A stretch of DNA of 64,000 nucleotides from assembly GCA_963555755.3 (NCBI GenBank), contig OY820905.2, forward strand, positions 4,416,001 through 4,480,000. The letters run 5' to 3'. Positions 59,090 through 64,000 of the stretch are shown here, piece by piece (positions within the stretch are counted from its first letter, which is position 1; the number at the start of each line of letters is the position of its first letter). Source of the stretch: Nitrospirales bacterium (GTDB taxonomy: Bacteria > Nitrospirota > Nitrospiria > Nitrospirales > UBA8639). Below the pieces are notes generated by a model. That model made no database searches. It was not told the origin of the DNA and saw nothing but the letters and a program-made list of their open reading frames with translations. The translations under genes were made by a program, and so were the position numbers.

Positions 59090-60748
59090 ATGGCAGGCAT
59101 CAACACCATATTCGAAATTGGGCGGACCGGGATTCAAGCCAGTCAGCAGGGACTCGCAGCGGCCTCCCACAATATTGCCAATGTCGGGACCGATGGATTC
59201 TCACGTCAGCGGGCCATACTGGAAGCCGGTCGCCCTCAAGGTGGAGTGATTTCGACTGGCGTCCGGGTCACGGATGTCATACGTCTGGTGGATCTGTTTA
59301 TCGAAGCCCAGCTGACGGCTACGACGCAAGATGTTGGGCGCCTCACTATTCGTCATGATCTCTTGTCACGGGTAGAAACGGTTTTTTTGGAAACGGAAAC
59401 AGGAGGCATGAACACGGCCATTGATCGGCTCTTCAATGCGTTCCGCGATCTCTCGACGTTTCCAGAAGAAAGCTCTCACCGGACGTTGGTCATCAATGAA
59501 GCTCAAGCATTAGTCGATACGATTAACCTTGCTGCGGGCACGCTCTCGCAAATCCGCACGGATATTGATGACACGATTGGCCAGAACTTATCCATGGTCA
59601 ACACCATTGCGTCCCAAATTGCCGATCTCAATGGCCAAATTCATGTTGCCGAATCCAGTGGAAGAACAGCCAATGATTTGCGAGACCGACGGGCCTTCTT
59701 GGTGAACGCCATGGCCGAGTTGGTCAATATTGAAACTGTCGAAATGACCAATGGGCTAGCTATCATGGTGGGAGGGCAGCTCCTCGTGACTGGGGACCGG
59801 AATAATACGCTCGTTCAAGTTTCAGACGCGGATAACCTGGGTATGAATGATGTGGCGGTTCAACGAAAGGATGGCACCAAGTTTGTTGTGACCTCAAAAA
59901 TCACCGACGGTGAAATTGCTGGCCGGTTGACGGTTCGGGATACCGACATTCAGGGCTATCAGGATCGGTTGGATCGATTAACCGCGGTGTTGGTGAATGA
60001 AATTAATCAACAACATGCAGCCGGATATGGACTGGACGGGACCACCGGTAATTTGCTGTTTTCGGCATTAAGTCCCGATGCTCCCCTTCCGAAGGACACG
60101 AATACCGGAGGAGCAGCCGGTACATCGACGACTGTCTTAACGGCAGCTTCATTAACCATGGATTCCTACGAAATTCAATTTACCAGCGCCTCGGTCTTTA
60201 ATGTGGTGAATGTGACGGATAATACCACGGTGCTCAGTGCCCAAGCCTATACATCAGGGGCAACCATTACGTTTGAGGGGCTGGGCGTCGTGATTACGAA
60301 TAGCAGTGGCGCGCCGGCGACGGGAGATATTTTCACCCTGAGTGCACACAAAGGGGCCGCGAGTGATATGGCGGTGAGTGTGAGTGACACGGATAAAGTG
60401 GCGGCGTCTTCTACTTCAACGGGTGTTCCGGGAAATAACGTCAATGCTATCGCGCTCATTGCCATTCAATCCACCAGTCAAAGTACCTTGGGCAGTGTCA
60501 ATTTGGACGACTATCACGCCGTGACCGTCGGGGATGTGGGTAGCGATACGTTTTTGGCTGGTCTTCAACGAGATTCAAAACAGATTGAAATGGATCAAGT
60601 CACGTCGTTGAGAGAAAGTGTGTCAGGAGTCAACTTAGATGAGGAGCTGACTCGGCTCTTGGAGTTCCAACGTGCGTTTGAAGCCTCCGCACGTCTCATC
60701 GCGACTGCTGATGAATTATTTCAAACGGTTTTAAATTTGGGCCGATAG
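59090..60748 (+). CDS. flgK: Hook-associated protein FlgK
   Basis: HNIANVGTDGFSRQR, ANDLRDRR, SVSGVNLDEE. Confidence 0.96.
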   Translation: MAGINTIFEIGRTGIQASQQGLAAASHNIANVGTDGFSRQRAILEAGRPQGGVISTGVRVTDVIRLVDLFIEAQLTATTQDVGRLTIRHDLLSRVETVFLETETGGMNTAIDRLFNAFRDLSTFPEESSHRTLVINEAQALVDTINLAAGTLSQIRTDIDDTIGQNLSMVNTIASQIADLNGQIHVAESSGRTANDLRDRRAFLVNAMAELVNIETVEMTNGLAIMVGGQLLVTGDRNNTLVQVSDADNLGMNDVAVQRKDGTKFVVTSKITDGEIAGRLTVRDTDIQGYQDRLDRLTAVLVNEINQQHAAGYGLDGTTGNLLFSALSPDAPLPKDTNTGGAAGTSTTVLTAASLTMDSYEIQFTSASVFNVVNVTDNTTVLSAQAYTSGATITFEGLGVVITNSSGAPATGDIFTLSAHKGAASDMAVSVSDTDKVAASSTSTGVPGNNVNAIALIAIQSTSQSTLGSVNLDDYHAVTVGDVGSDTFLAGLQRDSKQIEMDQVTSLRESVSGVNLDEELTRLLEFQRAFEASARLIATADELFQTVLNLGR

Positions 60749-60758
60749 GGCGTCAGAA

Positions 60759-60903
60759 CGCGTGATGCGTGAAGCGTAATGCGTGATGCGAAAGACGAGA
60801 GACAAGGGCCTTGAAGACTCATGGGTGATTCGTAAAGGGTGAAGGGGGAAGAATGTTGAGTATGAATCTTCACGCTTCACGCATCACGGATCACGCTTCA
60901 CGA
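60759..60903. repeat. Inverted heptamer array
   Basis: gcgtgat gcgtgaa gcgtaat gcgtgat gcg ... ttcacgc ttcacgc atcacgg atcacgc ttcacga. Confidence 0.82.
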
Positions 60904-60917
60904 AAAGGCATCTGATT

Positions 60918-62339
60918 ATGCGTGTCACGAATCAACAACAGATCGACCTTGTAATGGGGTATTATCAGCGGATTCAGACGAATCTTGCCCACGTGCAGGA
61001 AGCATTGGCTTCGGGCAAGAAAGTCAATCGTCCTTCCGATGAACCGATTGCCTACGAGCAGATCATGAAGTTCCGCACTGTCCTGAATAACATTGCCAAG
61101 CGATCCCTGTCGGTTCATGAAGCGGTCTCACGGTTAAATTTGTCCGAAAGCGTGATTGGATCAGCGGAAACGATTGCTCTACGGGGGAGAGAGATTGCGT
61201 TGCAAGAGCGCAATGCCACCAGTTCAGCTACGACACGCCAAGCTGTTGCGAAAGAAGTTCATCAACTCCTGCTCAGTTTGGTGGATACAGCGAATACCAA
61301 GATCAATGAGCGATATCTGTTCTCCGGGTTTGAAACCCAAACAGCTGCCTTTGGCCTTTCGACCTTGGTTTCATCTTCTGGACGCAGTCCATCCATTTCA
61401 GCCAATGATGATAATACGGGAACGACTTCATCAACCGTGGTGATTCAAACCGCGAGTTCTCTCACGGGGAATGAATATAAAATCACCTTTTCCAATTCGA
61501 CCACCTTTGATGTCAAAAATCTTACAACGGGTGCAACAACATTAAGCAGCCAGACCTATACGTCTGGGGCCAATATTGATTTCGATGGTCTCAGAGTCGT
61601 GTTCACCGATAATCCAAGTGGTCCCTTGGGTGATGATGAATTTCAAATCACGGCGCATAATCCCTCGGACGCGACGATTACCGCCTCGATAAGCACAGCC
61701 TCTGTCCTACAACCGAATGTCTATGAAATTCGATTTACCAGCACGTCGGCCTTTGACATTGTGAATTTGACCGATAATCAGGTGTTATCGACCGGCAATG
61801 CCTATACCTCGGCCGCCAATATCGTCTTTGCTGGGATAACGGCTGTCATTACTGATGGGACGGTCACCCCTCAGGCAGGCGACCTCTTCCGGGTCCGTCC
61901 TAACTATAGTTACCAAGGTGACACCGGAAGCATTGCGGTTGAATACGAAGATGGAAAGACTATTGCCTCGAATGTTGTGGGAAGCCAAGTTTTTTCAGGA
62001 CCTGATGTCGATGTGTTCGCTACGTTGCAAGATTTGGAACAAGCGTTGCTCACCAATACCCCTTCGGACCTCGCCACGGTTATTACCAGTTTCACGACGG
62101 GGCTGGATCAGCTCACGGATGCCAGAGCGGATATTGGATCAAAAGTGAATCGTCTTGATCGCTTGGCGGAAGGGTTAGATCTACTCGCTGTGACGACACA
62201 AGGTGAACGGTCGGCCATTGAAGATACGGATTTCGCTCAAGCGGCGACGCAATTGACGACGTTGGAATTAAGCCTGGAAGCCTCGCTGTTGGTCCTCAGT
62301 CGGCAGTTCAACATCAGCCTGTTGAACTATCTTCGTTAA
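60918..62339 (+). CDS. flgL: Hook-associated protein FlgL
   Basis: MRVT, SGKKVNRPSDEP, RYLFSG, SLLNYLR. Confidence 0.94.
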   Translation: MRVTNQQQIDLVMGYYQRIQTNLAHVQEALASGKKVNRPSDEPIAYEQIMKFRTVLNNIAKRSLSVHEAVSRLNLSESVIGSAETIALRGREIALQERNATSSATTRQAVAKEVHQLLLSLVDTANTKINERYLFSGFETQTAAFGLSTLVSSSGRSPSISANDDNTGTTSSTVVIQTASSLTGNEYKITFSNSTTFDVKNLTTGATTLSSQTYTSGANIDFDGLRVVFTDNPSGPLGDDEFQITAHNPSDATITASISTASVLQPNVYEIRFTSTSAFDIVNLTDNQVLSTGNAYTSAANIVFAGITAVITDGTVTPQAGDLFRVRPNYSYQGDTGSIAVEYEDGKTIASNVVGSQVFSGPDVDVFATLQDLEQALLTNTPSDLATVITSFTTGLDQLTDARADIGSKVNRLDRLAEGLDLLAVTTQGERSAIEDTDFAQAATQLTTLELSLEASLLVLSRQFNISLLNYLR

Positions 62340-62378
62340 GCACGATCTTGGCAGTTCATGGACAATATCGCACATCCT

Positions 62379-62405
62379 TTAGTTTTTCTGTCCCTTAACC
62401 GAAAA
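62379..62405 (+). promoter_or_regulatory. Possible sigma28 promoter
   Basis: TTAG-N15-ACCGAAAA upstream of the cyclase gene. Confidence 0.4.
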
Positions 62406-62536
62406 GAATCTTAGTGGCCAGGAAGGCTTCCTCCCAACAACCCGACCGACGTGTTCGTCATGAAATCATGCATGGTCGGCGGACGTCCTTCCTGGATCCC
62501 TCACGCAACCGGTGAGCAAAAAAAAGGAACAGAAGT

Positions 62537-63484
62537 ATGGATATCCTGATTGCTGATGATGATCCAGTCTCATTGCACTTGCTGAAGGCCAAGTTGTTGA
62601 AATGGGACTATCAGGTGACCATTTGTACGGATGGTCAAGAGGCGTGGAAGATTTTGCAGTCGGAGACTCCGCCGGACTTGGCCATTTTGGATTGGATGAT
62701 GCCCGGATTAGATGGGGTGCAAATTTGCCGGAACGTTCGGGTCCATCGAAGTACGCCCTATATCTATTTGTTGTTGCTTACCTCTCGTGGGGATACCGCG
62801 GATCTTGTCGCGGGTATGGAAGCCGGAGCGGATGACTATCTGACCAAACCCTTCAATGTGGAAGAGCTTGAGGTGCGACTCCGTGCAGGCCGCCGGATTT
62901 TGGATCTTCAGGCCGAGCTGCTGGATGCCCAGGAATCGCTTCGTATTCAGGCCACGCATGATCCCTTAACCGGCATCTGGAATCGTGGAGCTATCCTGGA
63001 AAATATGGACCGGGAGTTAGCACGGGCACAACGCGAACAGCGCCCCATCAGCGTCATTCTTGTGGATCTTGATAATTTCAAGACCATTAATGATACCCAT
63101 GGACATTTGGTTGGGGATGCTGTCCTCGTGGAAGCGAGTCAGCGCATGCGCGCGTGTGTTCGTCCCTATGACTCTGTAGGGCGATATGGGGGAGAGGAAT
63201 TTCTCATTGTGTTGCCCGGAAGCGACGCCAGTGAGGCGCTCAATGAGGCGTCTCGGGTGAAAACGGCAGTGGGCGGACAGCCGTATGTGACCTCGGAGGT
63301 ATCCGTGTCCGTGACCTGTAGCCAGGGCGTGACGACATGGACGAGTCCCACACAAGGAGATATCGAAAGTCTTCTGAAAGCCGCGGATGGTGGAATGTAC
63401 TTGGCGAAATATAGTGGACGCAATCGGGTGGAATATTTTGAAGTTGATCGGCAGAGTTCTGGGACTCAGGTTCCCACATCATGA
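62537..63484 (+). CDS. Response regulator diguanylate cyclase (REC-GGDEF)
   Basis: REC DWMMP, HDPLTG, I-site RPYD, active site GGEEF. Confidence 0.95.
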   Translation: MDILIADDDPVSLHLLKAKLLKWDYQVTICTDGQEAWKILQSETPPDLAILDWMMPGLDGVQICRNVRVHRSTPYIYLLLLTSRGDTADLVAGMEAGADDYLTKPFNVEELEVRLRAGRRILDLQAELLDAQESLRIQATHDPLTGIWNRGAILENMDRELARAQREQRPISVILVDLDNFKTINDTHGHLVGDAVLVEASQRMRACVRPYDSVGRYGGEEFLIVLPGSDASEALNEASRVKTAVGGQPYVTSEVSVSVTCSQGVTTWTSPTQGDIESLLKAADGGMYLAKYSGRNRVEYFEVDRQSSGTQVPTS

Positions 63485-63490
63485 ATCTTA

Positions 63491-63647
63491 GGGTTCGCGA
63501 AAGAATAACTTCCCATGTTTGGGCGTCGATCCATCCCGTCTGCCGGCGTTGCTCGTCCTTTCCATACGAGGAGTATGCGCAGTCCTCGCGCCTTGCCAGA
63601 CAGGCGCCTCAACACCCAAACATGGGAAGTTATTCTTTCGCGAACCC
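63491..63647. mobile_element. MITE family A copy 5
   Basis: Perfect 33-bp TIR, 157 bp. Confidence 0.87.
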
Positions 63648-63668
63648 TTGCATGAGATCATACTGATT

Positions 63669-64000
63669 ATGTCACGCGTTCTGATTGTTCATCGTGATGC
63701 GGTGCAACGGCATTTTCTGGCTACCTTCCTGGAGCATGAAGGGTTTGAGGTCGCTCAAAGTGCCACGGCTGAAGATGCCCGCCGCCTTCTTAGCGGACAG
63801 GCTTCTATCCATGCCATGTTGGTTGACCTTGATGGGGCAAGCGTGAGTGACGGGGAGTATGGTCAATTGTTTCGTCATGCCCATGATGCTCGGTTTGCCG
63901 GCATCCCGTTTCTGTGTGTGTCCTCGCGTTTGTCAAAGATTGAGGGGGAGCGCATCGCCGCCTTTCTGGGTGGGCATGCATTTGTTTCCCTGCCAGTTGA
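63669..64000 (+). CDS. Protein with an atypical N-terminal receiver domain (runs off the window)
   Basis: MSRVLIVHRDAVQRHFLATFLEHEGFEV...MLVDL...IPFLCVS; open to the window end. Confidence 0.65.
   Translation, partial: MSRVLIVHRDAVQRHFLATFLEHEGFEVAQSATAEDARRLLSGQASIHAMLVDLDGASVSDGEYGQLFRHAHDARFAGIPFLCVSSRLSKIEGERIAAFLGGHAFVSLPV

Noticed and set aside
62340..64000. Absence of fliC, fliD, fliS, fliW and csrA
   Set aside because: The cluster may continue past the window edge, so absence here is not evidence of loss.

Overview
This window is an almost complete bacterial flagellar/chemotaxis supercluster with every confident gene on the + strand. The order is: TPR protein, FleS/FleR-like two-component pair, flgBC-fliEFGHIJ-(MotE/YlxF-like)-fliK-flgDE, fliLMNOPQR-flhBAFG-fliA, a block of signalling genes (REC-PP2C phosphatase, STAS proteins, HD-GYP, hybrid kinase with Hpt, REC-kinase), two damaged chemotaxis operons with no cheA, motAB, flgFGAHIJMNKL and a REC-GGDEF cyclase. 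Gene order and style suggest Nitrospirota or a relative (inference only). Three clear sigma54 and several sigma28 promoters are visible. The most unusual content is non-coding. (1) About 30 copies of at least seven families of 125-263 bp non-autonomous inverted-repeat elements (MITE-like, named A-G here) insert at stop-codon-like triplets and nest up to four levels deep. Family E has three fixed docking sites with mosaic occupancy. (2) Inverted arrays of 7-nt repeats fill most non-overlapping gene junctions, one lies in frame inside a kinase gene, and a larger variant (H) carries what looks like the N-terminal remnant of a four-helix-bundle gene. No transposase, rRNA, tRNA or CRISPR array was seen. 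Repeat boundaries were read by eye: MITE ends should be within a few bases, heptamer-array limits are approximate.
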